Source: Candidatus Eiseniibacteriota bacterium (GTDB lineage Bacteria > Eisenbacteria > RBG-16-71-46). Taken from it: a stretch of 64,000 nt of DNA. The notes beneath the pieces are model-generated. The model was not told where the DNA came from. It searched no databases and saw nothing but the letters and a program-made list of their open reading frames with translations. The translations under genes and the position numbers were made by a program. The stretch spans positions 1 through 64,000 of the forward strand of contig OY970178.1 in the NCBI GenBank assembly GCA_963707915.1. The letters run 5' to 3'. Positions 46,844-57,169 of the stretch are shown piece by piece. Numbering within the stretch: position 1 is the stretch's first letter; every line of letters begins with the position of its first letter.

Positions 46844-48354
46844 TCAGCGCCGCCGCCGTCCCACCTCGACGTGACGCGTGCGGGCGAAGTCGATGAAGCC
46901 CCGCTCCGGGTCGGTGTGGACGAGCTTCACCCGCACCTGGTCGCCGACGTCGAGCCCCGCCTGCGCCCTGCTCGATGCGGCCCTCGACCGGCGGGTCGAA
47001 GATGCGCGCCCAGGTCCCCTTGGGCGAGGCGCCGGTGACGATCCCGTCGAACTCCTCGCCGATGCGATCGCACAGCAGGCAGGCGGCCGCGGCCTTGCGC
47101 AGCAGCCGCTCGACCTTCTGGGCGCCGTCCTCCTTCAGCGTGCAGTGCGCGGCGAGCGCCTCGAGGGCGCCGCGGGCGTACGGGACCGTCGCGTCCCGCC
47201 AGCGCGGCCCGGAGCAGCCGCTGGGTGACGAGGTCCGGGTAGCGCCGGTTGGGCGCGGTCGAGTGCGTGTACTCGCTCACCGCCAGCCCGAAGTGGCCGG
47301 TGACGTCCTGGCCGGGGAAGCTGGCCACGTACTCGCCGCGGCCGAGCAGCTTGATGACCGCGAGCGAGAGGTCGGGGAAGCGCAGCGGGTCCGCCGCGCG
47401 GCGCTGGAGCAGGAAGTCGTTCAGCGCCTTCGCGTCGGGCTCGGGCGGCAGCTGGTCGCCCGTGCTCGAGCGCGATGTCCACGATGCGCTGCCAGCGCTC
47501 CGGCGAGCGCACGACGCGGCGCACGACCGGGAAACGGCGCGCCTCGAGGAAGCGCGCGATCGCGCCGTTGGCCGCGATCATGAAGTCCTCGATGAGGTCC
47601 CTCGCGCGGTTGCGCTCGTCCGCCGCCAGGCCGCTGACCGCGGTCCCCGTCGAAGCGGGCGTGGACCTCGATGGTGTCGAGCTCGAGGGCCCCGTGCTCG
47701 TGGCGGTACGCCTTGAGCCGCTGGGCGACCCGGTCCTGGAGCCGGAGGTTCTCGTCCAGCCCGGGACCGCGCCGGCGGCCGCCGGCAGCGGGCCGCGGCC
47801 CTCGAGCCAGGCGCCGACGCCCGCGTAGGCGAGCTTGGCCTGGTTGCGCACCACCGCGCGGTAGACGCTCGCGCCGGGCCGTTCCCGCCGTCGGCGTCCA
47901 CCGACCATCTCGACCACCACGGCCAGCCGGTCCTCGTCCTGGCCGAGCGAGGTGAGGTCGGTGCTGAGCCGCTCGGGCAGCATGGGGAAGTTCTGCGGCG
48001 GGGTGTAGACCGAGGTGGTGTTCGTCCCCGCGTGGCCGTCCAGCGCCGAGCCGGGCGCCACCGCGGCGCTGACGTCGGCCACCGCCACCCGGATGCGGAC
48101 CGCGCCGCCCGCGAGCGGCTCGGCCACCGTGAGCTGGTCCAGGTCGCGCGAGTCGTCGTTGTCGATCGAGCACCACGGCGAGCGCGGCGCAGGTCGCGCA
48201 CGTCGGCGTCCGCACGGCGGCGCGGGCTCGGCGAGGTCGCTGCGCCTCGGCGAGCGCCGCGGGCGGGAAGTCGGGCTCGAGGCCGTACTGCGATCATCGC
48301 CCGCCGCGCCACGCGCAGCAGCAGGGCGCGGTGCTGTTCCGCCGCGCGGCTCAT
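46844..48354 (-). CDS. RNB-domain exoribonuclease (RNase II/R family), multiply frameshifted as assembled
   Basis: Motifs spread over several frames: [78 protein letters not shown], and a C-terminal S1-like GDQVRVKL...GFIDF. Confidence 0.8.
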
Positions 48355-49193
48355 CGCGCGCCTCCGCCCGCGGCGGGAGGCGTGGGTCGTCGTGCCCGTG
48401 GCGCGCGACGGGCGTGACCGAGCGGGCGATGTCGGGCGTGACGCCCGCGGGCGCGGTGCTGAGGCTCTGCCGCAGGAGCGTCGAACGCCTCCGCCGGGCT
48501 GTCCACGAAGTGGAACGAGCTCCAGGTCCTCCGCGGCGATCATCGCCGTGCCGCACCAGTGCCGGGAAGTCCACGATCTCCCTCCAGTAGCCGGGTCCGT
48601 ACAGCAGGATGAGGATCCGCCGGTCGAGCTTGCGGGTCTGCGCGAGCGTCAGCATCTCGAAGAGCTCGTCCAGCGTGCCGAAGCCGCCCGGGAAGGCCAC
48701 GATGGCGCGCGCCAGGTGCGCGAACCAGAGCTTGCGCATGAAGAAGTAGTGGAACTCGAAGAGCAGCTCCGGCGTGATGTAGCGGGTTCGGGCGCTGCTC
48801 GTGGGGCAGGCCGATGTTGAGCCCGATCGTGCGCCCGCCCGCGTCGGCCGCGCCCCGGTTCGCCGCCTCCATGATGCCGCCGCCGCCGCCCGAGCAGACC
48901 AGGAAGCGCCGCGCCGGGCGTCTCCAGCCCCAGCGACCACGCGGTGACCAGGCGCGCGAGCTCCCGCGCCTCGGCGTAGTAGCGCCCGAGCGGGCCGTCC
49001 TCGCGCAGCCGCGCCGAGCCGAAGAAGACGATCGGTGTCGTGGACGTGCTGGCGCCGGAAGGCGTGCAGGGGCTGCGAGGTACTCGGCCAGGATGCGCAG
49101 CGGCCGGGCCTCGTCGCTCTCGAGGAACTCCTCGTTGCGGTAGGCCAGCGTCGGGTTCGCGCCCGCGGGGGGCGTGGCGTTCGATCGGCTCAT
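48351..49193 (-). CDS. LOG / lysine-decarboxylase-like Rossmann-fold protein, frameshifted as assembled; 3' end approximate
   Basis: [73 protein letters not shown]. Confidence 0.8.
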
Positions 49194-49371
49194 CGGTTCT
49201 CCTCCCTGCCGTGTGGGCGGGCTCGCAGGATCCCTGGCCGCCATCTTATCCGCTCGGCCGGCGGCCCGCATCCCCGGCGCACGAGTCCCGGCGGGTCCGC
49301 GGCGGCGACCCGGCTGTGCTAGCCTTGGCACGATCGGCGCGGGTTCTGACGAACGCGCCCGCGGAGGCGAT

Positions 49372-50478
49372 GTGAGAGGCTGGCCTGGCCGGTTCGCGGG
49401 GTTCTGGCGTCGACTCACCGAGGGCCTGACGCTCACGGAGATGTGGTTCCAGTTCCGCAAGGAGACCGGGACGAGCTACCGGCTCTACTCGCGGGAGCTG
49501 GAGGCGAAGCTCGGCGACCAGCCGCGGAGGCGCCGCCTCCCGCGCATCGTGGCGGCGCTGTTCTGGGCGATGGTCCTCAAGCTCTCGCCCACGCGGCGGT
49601 TGTTCCTGCTTGCGGCCCTGGCCCTGCTCGTGTCCCGCGCGCTGGGCGGGCCGGCCAGCCTCGAGCCGCTCGGTGCGCTGGTGCTGCTCGCGCTGCTCGC
49701 GCTCGAACTGGCGGACCGCGTGGCGCTGAAGCGCGACCTCGAGATCGCGCGCGAGATCCAGAAGTGGCTGGTCCCGCAGTCGCCGCCCGTGGTGCCGGGG
49801 GTGGACGTCGCGTTCACGACGTTGCCGGCGAACACCGTGGCCGGGGACTACTACGACGCCTTCCTCTGCCCCGGGTCGCTGGGCGAGGGCTCGCCGGCGC
49901 GGCTCGTGCTCGTGGTCGCCGACGTGGCGGGCAAGGGGATGCCGGCCGCGCTCATCATGGCCACGTTCCAGTCGAGCTTGAAGACCCTCGTGCAGAAGCC
50001 CATCCCGTTGCCGGAACTGGTCGACCGGCTGTGTCGCTATTCCTGCGAGCACAGCCTCCAGGGGTTGCGGTTCACGACCGCGGTGATCGCGGAACTGGAC
50101 CCGCTCACCGGCACGCTCTCCTACGTCAACGCCGGGCACAACCCGCCGGCGCTGCTGCGCGCCGACGGCGCCATCGAGTGGCTGACGACCGGCGGGCTGC
50201 CGCTGGGCGTGCCGGCCGGCATCGCCTACGACTCGGCGACGCTGACGCTGCGGCCCGGCGACCGCCTGGTCGTCTTCAGCGACGGGGTGGTGGAGGCGCA
50301 GGACCCGGGCGGGCAGGAGTACGGCGACGCCCGGTTGAGGCAGGTGCTGAACGACGCCCGCGGGGAGGACGCCGCGGGGACGCTGGGCCGTTTGATGTCC
50401 TCGGTGGACGCCTTCGTCGCGACGGCGCCGCGGTCGGACGACATCACCTGCCTGGTGATGCGCTTCCAGGGCCGATAG
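49372..50478 (+). CDS. Membrane-anchored PP2C/SpoIIE (RsbU-like) serine phosphatase
   Basis: GGAGG + GTG; TM hairpin, [45 protein letters not shown]. Confidence 0.9.
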   Translation: MRGWPGRFAGFWRRLTEGLTLTEMWFQFRKETGTSYRLYSRELEAKLGDQPRRRRLPRIVAALFWAMVLKLSPTRRLFLLAALALLVSRALGGPASLEPLGALVLLALLALELADRVALKRDLEIAREIQKWLVPQSPPVVPGVDVAFTTLPANTVAGDYYDAFLCPGSLGEGSPARLVLVVADVAGKGMPAALIMATFQSSLKTLVQKPIPLPELVDRLCRYSCEHSLQGLRFTTAVIAELDPLTGTLSYVNAGHNPPALLRADGAIEWLTTGGLPLGVPAGIAYDSATLTLRPGDRLVVFSDGVVEAQDPGGQEYGDARLRQVLNDARGEDAAGTLGRLMSSVDAFVATAPRSDDITCLVMRFQGR

Positions 50479-50797
50479 GCGGCGGTGATCCCGCTATGCC
50501 GGCTCCGCGGCACGCCCGGATCCTGCCGAGGGCGGCACCCCGGTCCACCGCGGTGCCCCCGGGCGCCGGAATTCGCGACGGTGAACCGTGCATCCCGCAA
50601 TCGAGGATTGCAGGTCGCACGCGGGGACCCCATGGGCGCCGGTCGTCGGCGCGCGGTCGAGCCCGCTGCATTCTCTCCCTTCAGCTATCGGTGGCGGCTC
50701 CGAAACTCATGACAGGGGGCGCTGGGGAAGTGCCCCCGGCGCCCGAACGACGCCCGGCCGACACCCCTCGGACCGAACCGACCCTGCCGAAGGGCTC

Positions 50798-52843
50798 ATG
50801 ATGAGATCGCTGTCCGTCCGTGGCCTTCGCTGGCTGTGCCAGGCGAGCGTCCTGGTCGTCGTCGCGCTGCTGTTCGACGCAGGTACGGCGGCGCCGGCGG
50901 CCGCCCAGGCCCCCACGCCGTACTTCGCCCGGACCGGCGAGGAGAACGCGCTCGATCCGCGGCCCGGCGAGGCGTTCGAGCGCAGCCTGCGCCGCAGCGT
51001 CACCGCGGTCTCGGCGGAGGACCGCTGGCGCGACCTGCCCCAGTTCGGACGCTCCCTGTTCACCCCGGGCGGCGCCGGGTTCACGCCCCCCGAAGGCGGG
51101 ACGGTCGGTCCCGACTACGTGCTGGGCCCCGGTGACCAACTGCTGGTGTTCGTCTCGGGGTTCTCCGACACGAGCTACGCCCTTCCGCTCGACCGGGAGG
51201 GCAAGGTGTTCCTGCCGCGGGTCGGTACCGTCTTCCTCTGGGGGCTCTCCTTCGCGGAGGCCGAGCAACTGGTGCGGGCGCGCCTCGGGAGCGTGCTGCG
51301 AAACGCGAAGATCCACGTCTCGATGGGTCGCATGCGCACGATCGACGTCTACGTGCTGGGCGAGGCCCGCGAGCCGGGCCGCCGCAGTCTCACCGGGCTC
51401 GCCACGGCGTTCCACGCCCTGGTCGCCGCGGGGGGGCCGAACGACCGGGGCGGCCTGCGGGACGTCCGGGTGCTGCGGGCGAACCGCGAGGTCGGGAGCT
51501 TCGACCTCTACCCGTTCCTGCTCCGGGGCGAGCGTTCGCGCGACGTGCGTCTCGAGTCGGGCGACGTCGTGTTCGTGGGGCCGGCCCGCCCGCGCGCGGG
51601 GATCCAGGGCGCCGTCGTCCGCCCCGGCGTCTACGAGCTCGACACCCCGTGCTCGCTCCGCCAGTTGCTGGCGCTCGCCGGCGGCACGACGCCATTCGCG
51701 GACCTGGGGCGCGTGCAGATCGAGCGCGTGGACGCCAACGGCGGCTTCCGCGTCCAGGACCTGACGCTCGCGGACGGCACCGGTCCCGATTCGCTGCGGC
51801 TGTCCGACTACGACCTCGTGACGGTGCTGCCGCTGAACGAGCGCCTGCGGAACGTCGTGACCCTCGATGGCTACGTGCGGCACGCCGGGGCCTACGAGCT
51901 CGGCCGGGGCATGACGCTGGCGGCGCTGCTCACGCCGGACCGGCTGCAGCCGGAGGCCGCGCTGGATCACGCCGAATTCCGGCGCGTGGATCCCGCCACC
52001 TTCGAGGTGCAGGTCCGGGACTTCTCGCCCCGCGACGTGCTCGAGGGCCGCCTGGACTGGCCGCTGCAGCCGCTCGACGCCGTCACCCTCTTCTCGACCG
52101 CGCGCATGCCGAGGTCCGTCGCGCTCGACGGCGAGGTGGTGCGGCCCGGCACCTACGGGATCGCCTCCGGCGAGCGGTTGTCCTCGGTCCTGCGGCGCGC
52201 GGGCGGACTCACTCCGCGCGGCGCGCTGTCGGCGGCGGTCTTCACGCGCCGGAGCGCCGCCACCGCCGAGCGGCGGGCCCAGCGCGAGTTCCAGCAGCGG
52301 GAGCAGATCGACCTGGCCCGGCAGCGCGTGCGCATCGAGGCCGGTGGCGACTCGGCCAACGCCGAGGGGCTGGCGCGGGCGCAGGCGGACCTGCTGATCG
52401 CGATGGAGGGCGGCTCCCACCCGGGCCGCGTCGTGCTCGACCTCGACGAGGCCGGCCGGTGGCAGGACACGGAGCGGGACCCGGTGCTCGAGGACGGCGA
52501 CCGGCTGGCCGTGCCCGAGAAGCCCAACGCCGTGGCCGTGCTCGGCAGCGTGAAGAACCCGGGCACGATGCTGGCGCGCCCGGGCGCGCGGTCGGGCGAC
52601 TACGTGAGCCTGGCCGGCGGGCCGGCGCGCGATTCGGACCTCAAGCGCAGCTACCTGGTACGCGCCAACGGCTCGACGGTGAGCTACGGCGCGGGACTCC
52701 GGGTCGAGCCCGGGGACGCGGTGGTCATCGTCCCGCACGAGGCCGGCGGCCCCTCCTTCGCCCGCTCCGCCGTGAGCGGCGTGGACAAGGCCCTCGGTGC
52801 CGCGCTCACCGTGGCGCTGGTGGTGTTGGCGGCACGGCGATGA
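50798..52843 (+). CDS. Polysaccharide export protein with multiple SLBB domains (Wza/KpsD-like)
   Basis: DYVLGPGD, DREGKVFLPRVG, repeated V.GEV..PG.Y / L..AGG SLBB units, VEPGDAVVIVP. Confidence 0.88.
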   Translation: MMRSLSVRGLRWLCQASVLVVVALLFDAGTAAPAAAQAPTPYFARTGEENALDPRPGEAFERSLRRSVTAVSAEDRWRDLPQFGRSLFTPGGAGFTPPEGGTVGPDYVLGPGDQLLVFVSGFSDTSYALPLDREGKVFLPRVGTVFLWGLSFAEAEQLVRARLGSVLRNAKIHVSMGRMRTIDVYVLGEAREPGRRSLTGLATAFHALVAAGGPNDRGGLRDVRVLRANREVGSFDLYPFLLRGERSRDVRLESGDVVFVGPARPRAGIQGAVVRPGVYELDTPCSLRQLLALAGGTTPFADLGRVQIERVDANGGFRVQDLTLADGTGPDSLRLSDYDLVTVLPLNERLRNVVTLDGYVRHAGAYELGRGMTLAALLTPDRLQPEAALDHAEFRRVDPATFEVQVRDFSPRDVLEGRLDWPLQPLDAVTLFSTARMPRSVALDGEVVRPGTYGIASGERLSSVLRRAGGLTPRGALSAAVFTRRSAATAERRAQREFQQREQIDLARQRVRIEAGGDSANAEGLARAQADLLIAMEGGSHPGRVVLDLDEAGRWQDTERDPVLEDGDRLAVPEKPNAVAVLGSVKNPGTMLARPGARSGDYVSLAGGPARDSDLKRSYLVRANGSTVSYGAGLRVEPGDAVVIVPHEAGGPSFARSAVSGVDKALGAALTVALVVLAARR

Positions 52844-54024
52844 GCGCGGACCCGATGCCCCCGGCCTGGCGGTTCGACGTCGGACGCCTCGCGCGCCTCG
52901 CGCTGCGCCATCGTTCCTGGTTGCTCAAGGTCAACGGGGCCGCCGCGGTCCTGGTGGTGGTCGTCGTGCTGCTGCTGCCGCGCTGGTACACCTCGGGCGT
53001 CACGCTGATGCCCGGGCAGCGCGACGGACTGGCCCTCGACCTGGGCGGCACCGGCGTGGGGCTGGGCGCGGGCGCGATCCTGACCGGCCAGCAGTCCACG
53101 CCACAGGACCAGCTGCGGATCGTGCTCCAGAGCCGGGCCGTGGCCGATTCGCTGGTGCGCGCCTTCCACCTGCGCGAGCGCTGGGGCATCCCCTACATGG
53201 ACCGGGCGCGCAAGCGGCTGGCCGAGTGCACGACCATCACGACGCCCAAGGAGGGCCAGGTCGTGATCGAGGTCGAGGCCCGCACGCCGCGGCTCGCCTT
53301 CGAGCTCGCGGCGGCCTACGCCCGCTACGCGGCGCAGGAGAGCGGTCGCCTCAAACGGAGTCTCGCGGGCCAGCGGCGCGTGTACCTCGAGGCGCGGCTG
53401 GGCGAACTCGACCGCGAGCTGGCGCGCGCCGGCGGGCGGCTGCGGGCGTTCGAGGAGAGCCACCGTGCGGTCAGCCTGCCCGACCAGGCCCGTGCCACGC
53501 TGGAGGCCGACGGCGAGCTGCTCGGGCAGCTCGCCGTCCTCGAGACCGAGTTGGCCGCGACCCGGCGGTACTTCACGGAGTCCTCGCCCGAGGTGCTGGC
53601 CCTGCGCGACCGCGCCGGCGAGCTGCGCCGCCAGCTCCAGCGCCTGCAGCGCGACGGGGCGGACCTGCTGCCCGGTGGCGGCGCGCTGCCCGCGCTCAAG
53701 CAGGAGTACCTCGGACTGGCTCGCGAGCAGGCGAGCCTGCTCGCGGTGAGCGAGGCGCTGCGGCGGCTCTACGAGCAGGCCCGGGTGGAAGAGGCGAACC
53801 CGGTGCCGACGTTCTCCATCCTGGACGACGCCACGCTGCCGGAGCGCGCCTCGCGTCCGCCCCGGACACTCACCGTGCTGCTCTCGATGGCGCTGGTCCT
53901 GGCGGGCTCGCTGCTCCACCTGCAAGGCAGGGCGGGCGCGGCCGAACGGGCCGCGGCGGGCCGCGGCGCGGCCGCCGGGGCCCCGCCTTCCGAGCTCGAT
54001 CCGGCCCGCAGGGCGGCCGCATGA
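52840..54024 (+). CDS. Polysaccharide co-polymerase / chain-length determinant (Wzz or Wzc N-domain type)
   Basis: ATGA overlap; N- and C-terminal TM helices flanking a coiled coil; ILDDATLPERASRPPR; no Walker A kinase domain. Confidence 0.8.
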   Translation: MSADPMPPAWRFDVGRLARLALRHRSWLLKVNGAAAVLVVVVVLLLPRWYTSGVTLMPGQRDGLALDLGGTGVGLGAGAILTGQQSTPQDQLRIVLQSRAVADSLVRAFHLRERWGIPYMDRARKRLAECTTITTPKEGQVVIEVEARTPRLAFELAAAYARYAAQESGRLKRSLAGQRRVYLEARLGELDRELARAGGRLRAFEESHRAVSLPDQARATLEADGELLGQLAVLETELAATRRYFTESSPEVLALRDRAGELRRQLQRLQRDGADLLPGGGALPALKQEYLGLAREQASLLAVSEALRRLYEQARVEEANPVPTFSILDDATLPERASRPPRTLTVLLSMALVLAGSLLHLQGRAGAAERAAAGRGAAAGAPPSELDPARRAAA

Positions 54025-55196
54025 GACGGCGGATGCGTTCGCTGCTCGGCGCCGAGGAAGCGGGGCAGCCGCCCGCCACGCACACCGGCGAGGCGGTGGC
54101 GATGTGGCTCACCGGCGTGCTGTGGATGGGAGTGTGCGTCCTGGTGACGCGCCTGAACCTGACCGCGCTCCTGCCGGCCGTGCTGACCGGCGGGCTGGTC
54201 ATGGCCTGGGGCGGCCGCCGGCTCGCGAACTACCTCTGGTTCCCGCTCGTGGCGACGGCGGCCGTACTGGTCGAGCCGCTGGCCTCCGCCGAATCGGGAT
54301 GGCACGCGCCCCTGATCACCCACCTCGACCTGGTCGTGCTCGCCGTCGTGGTGATGGCGCCGATGCGCCTCGCCACGATCCGCCGGCATCGCGTCCCCTT
54401 CATGGCGCACCGGCCTTCGCTGCGACTCGTGGCGGTGCTGGTCGCCCTCGTCGGGCTGCAGGTCTTCGGCGCGGACGGCGTGGCGGCGGGACTGCGCTCG
54501 GGGGGCCGGGCCATGGCCGCGTTCGTCGTCTCGCTCGTGATCTGCAGCCGGCCGCAACGCGCGGAGGGGTTGTGGCGCGCGGTGGCGCTGCTGTCCGGCG
54601 CGCTCGTCGGGGCGGCGTTGCTCACGGCCGCGCACGGTGGTCTCCCGGCGATCGTGGCCTGGGTGAGGCGGGTGGAGAACGGCTGGCACGGTTCGCACGC
54701 GCTGCTCACCGCGCTGCTGTTCGCCGCTCCGGTCACGCTCGGCTACGCGCTCGACCGGGCCCATCGCGCCGCGCGCTGGGGGCTGGTGCTCGTGGCGCTG
54801 GGAGCGTTCGGCCTCGCCGCGACCCTTCTGGCGACGGGGGGAGGCTGGTGGAGCCTGAAGACCGGGTCGTCGTCGGCGGACGTCGTTCGCTTCATGGCGC
54901 TCGGCGTGCTGCTGGTGGCGGGGGTGGCCGGGGCGCTTCGCGTGGGCAGCGCGCGCCCGGCCGAGCGCGGGACCTGGACGGGGCTGGCGCTCGCCTTCGC
55001 CGCGCTCGCGCTCGGCAGCACCGAGACCGTGGGCCTGACGTCGACCCCGGTGGTGTTCTTCGGCGCGGCCGCGGCCGGGGCGGTCGTCAGCGCGCTCGAT
55101 CGCGCGGACCGTCGGCGGGCGCGGCTCGCGCGGCTCGGCGTGGTGCGCGCCGCTGCATGGCCGCTCGCGGACGGGGAGCTGGAGTCGGCGGCATGA
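54021..55196 (+). CDS. Polytopic membrane protein in polysaccharide locus (possible Wzy/ligase-like)
   Basis: ATGA overlaps at both ends; about 10 hydrophobic segments; no diagnostic motif recognised. Confidence 0.6.
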   Translation: MRRRMRSLLGAEEAGQPPATHTGEAVAMWLTGVLWMGVCVLVTRLNLTALLPAVLTGGLVMAWGGRRLANYLWFPLVATAAVLVEPLASAESGWHAPLITHLDLVVLAVVVMAPMRLATIRRHRVPFMAHRPSLRLVAVLVALVGLQVFGADGVAAGLRSGGRAMAAFVVSLVICSRPQRAEGLWRAVALLSGALVGAALLTAAHGGLPAIVAWVRRVENGWHGSHALLTALLFAAPVTLGYALDRAHRAARWGLVLVALGAFGLAATLLATGGGWWSLKTGSSSADVVRFMALGVLLVAGVAGALRVGSARPAERGTWTGLALAFAALALGSTETVGLTSTPVVFFGAAAAGAVVSALDRADRRRARLARLGVVRAAAWPLADGELESAA

Positions 55197-57169
55197 CACC
55201 CCGCGTGTCGGTCGTCATCGTGAGCTACCGTTCGCGCGGGCCGCTCGGGCCCTGCCTGGCCTCGCTCGACCGCTGTCGCGCGCGCGTTCCGCTCGAGGTC
55301 GTCGTCGTGGACAACGCCTCCGGGGACGGCACCGCGGAGTGGGTGCGAGAGCGGTACGGCTGGGTGGAACTCGTCGCCGGCGAGGTCAACGAAGGCTTTG
55401 CCCGGGGCGTGGCCCGCGGGACCCGGCGGGCGCGGGGCGACCTGCTGCTGGTGTTGAACCCGGACTGCGAAGTCCCGGCGGAAGGCCTCGAGCGCCTGCT
55501 GGCCGAGATCGAGCGGCACCCGCGCCTGGCGGCCGTCGCTCCCGCGCTGCGCGACGGGGACGGGCGCCCGACGCCCTCGTGCGGTCGCTTCCCGACGCTG
55601 TGGAGCCTGGTGTGCGACCACCTGGGCCTCGCGGGCTGGCTGCCCCGGACCCGGCTGTTCGGCGGCTACAAGTACGGCGAACGCCCGGCTGGCACCCTGG
55701 GCGCCGTCGACTGGGCGTCGGGCGCGGCCCTGCTCATCCCGCGGGCGGCCTGGGAGCGCGTCGGCGAATTCGACCGGGACATCTTCATGTACATGGAGGA
55801 CGTGGACTGGTGCCGCCGGGCCGCCGCGCTCGGGCTCGAGGTGCGCCACGTCCCCGAAGCGGTCTTCGTCCACCACGGGCAGCGTTCCTCCGCGCAGGTG
55901 CCGCACGAGACCTACCTGCACAACCTGCGGGCGCGCGTCCACTACTTCCGCAAGCACCACGGCTCGCGGGCCGCCGCCGTGGCCCGGGCGATCCTGCGGG
56001 CCAGCCTGGTCGCGAAGTGGACCGTGGCCGCGGTGCGCGGGGGACCGGGGCGGGCCCGCGTGTACGCGCTGGGGCTCGCCGCGCTGGAGCGGCGGGACGC
56101 GGCTCACCCGGCTGCGCGGCGGGCCGCCGTGGTCCTGGCGATCGCCACGCTCGCGGCGCTGGCCCCGTGGCCCCCCGGGGCGGGGCTCGCCCAGCGTCCG
56201 GGCGCCTCGCCGGTCCGGGCCGCGTACTTCTACTCCTACATGGGGGCCGACCATCTCGACTCGCTCGCCGCCCGCGGGTTCACCCGGGCGGTCGTGCACT
56301 GGATCACCGACTCGCTCGACGCGCGCGGCCGGAGCGAGCTGGCCGCGCTGACCGCGCGGACGTCGGCGCTCGGGATCGAGCTCTCCCCGGAGTGGCTGTT
56401 CCAGGCGCCCGCGCGTCTCGCCGGCCGGCCGGCCGGCCGCCGCTACACCTGGGGGACGGGCGTGGTGGAGCCGGGCGCGCCGTGCCCGCTGGACTCGGTC
56501 TACTGGGCGGACGCGCTCCTCGCCCGCGCCGAGGAGTACCTCGCGGCCGCCCCGTCGCTCGGGCGCGTCGCCGTGGACCTCGAGCTGCTGGGCGGCAGCC
56601 GCCATCACTACGACGCCGGCCCCTGTCGATGCGCTTCCTGTCTCCAGGAGTACCTCGGCCCCGTGCCGGGGCTGGGTGCGCGCGATCCGCTCCGGCTCGC
56701 GGGGCTGCACGGCTACCAGGAGGCCCGGCTCGCGGGCCTGCTGCGGCCGATGCTCGAGTCGTTCGCGCGGCGGCACCCCGGGGTGAGCCTCGAGGTGCTC
56801 GACCTGGACTTCGATTCCTTCGTCCATCGCGCGCTGGCCCGCGCGCTGGCCCGGGCCGGCGTTCCGACCGCGGACTACACCGAGTGCTCGTACACCGCGG
56901 GCGCCGCGGCGCTCCCGGCCGCGCGCGCGCGGTTGAGCGCCCTGGGCCAGGGCGCGGCGCCGCTGATCGGCGGTCTGTGGCTCAAGCGCTTCCCGCCGGC
57001 CGCCATCGTGCCGGCCGTGCGCGCGGTCGACGCGTGCGCCGAGGGCACGTTCGTCTTCACGACCTTCAGCCTGTGGCAGGACCCCGCCCGGCTCACGGGC
57101 TCCTACACGCTGGCGGGATCGGTCAGCGACTACTGGTCGGCGCTGGCCCAGGCGAACACCCGGCCATGA
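55193..57169 (+). CDS. GT2 glycosyltransferase fused to a C-terminal extracytoplasmic domain (658 aa)
   Basis: VSVVIVSY, VVDNASGDGT, N.GFA.G, LNPD, DWASGAALL, FMYMEDVDWC; then RRAAVVLAIATLAALAPW and a ~330-aa domain containing CRCASC. Confidence 0.75.
   Translation: MTPRVSVVIVSYRSRGPLGPCLASLDRCRARVPLEVVVVDNASGDGTAEWVRERYGWVELVAGEVNEGFARGVARGTRRARGDLLLVLNPDCEVPAEGLERLLAEIERHPRLAAVAPALRDGDGRPTPSCGRFPTLWSLVCDHLGLAGWLPRTRLFGGYKYGERPAGTLGAVDWASGAALLIPRAAWERVGEFDRDIFMYMEDVDWCRRAAALGLEVRHVPEAVFVHHGQRSSAQVPHETYLHNLRARVHYFRKHHGSRAAAVARAILRASLVAKWTVAAVRGGPGRARVYALGLAALERRDAAHPAARRAAVVLAIATLAALAPWPPGAGLAQRPGASPVRAAYFYSYMGADHLDSLAARGFTRAVVHWITDSLDARGRSELAALTARTSALGIELSPEWLFQAPARLAGRPAGRRYTWGTGVVEPGAPCPLDSVYWADALLARAEEYLAAAPSLGRVAVDLELLGGSRHHYDAGPCRCASCLQEYLGPVPGLGARDPLRLAGLHGYQEARLAGLLRPMLESFARRHPGVSLEVLDLDFDSFVHRALARALARAGVPTADYTECSYTAGAAALPAARARLSALGQGAAPLIGGLWLKRFPPAAIVPAVRAVDACAEGTFVFTTFSLWQDPARLTGSYTLAGSVSDYWSALAQANTRP

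Noticed and set aside
49326..49340. sigma54-like TGGCACGATCGGCGC before the PP2C gene
   Set aside because: Spacing is right but the -12 element lacks TT; too weak to call in GC-rich DNA.
6506..57165. Long N-terminal extensions in ORF-track entries (6506, 20203, 25292, 27715, 28701, 51649, 52797, 54104, 55339)
   Set aside because: The upstream parts overlap the preceding genes out of frame; true starts were placed at RBS or ATGA/GTGA overlaps.
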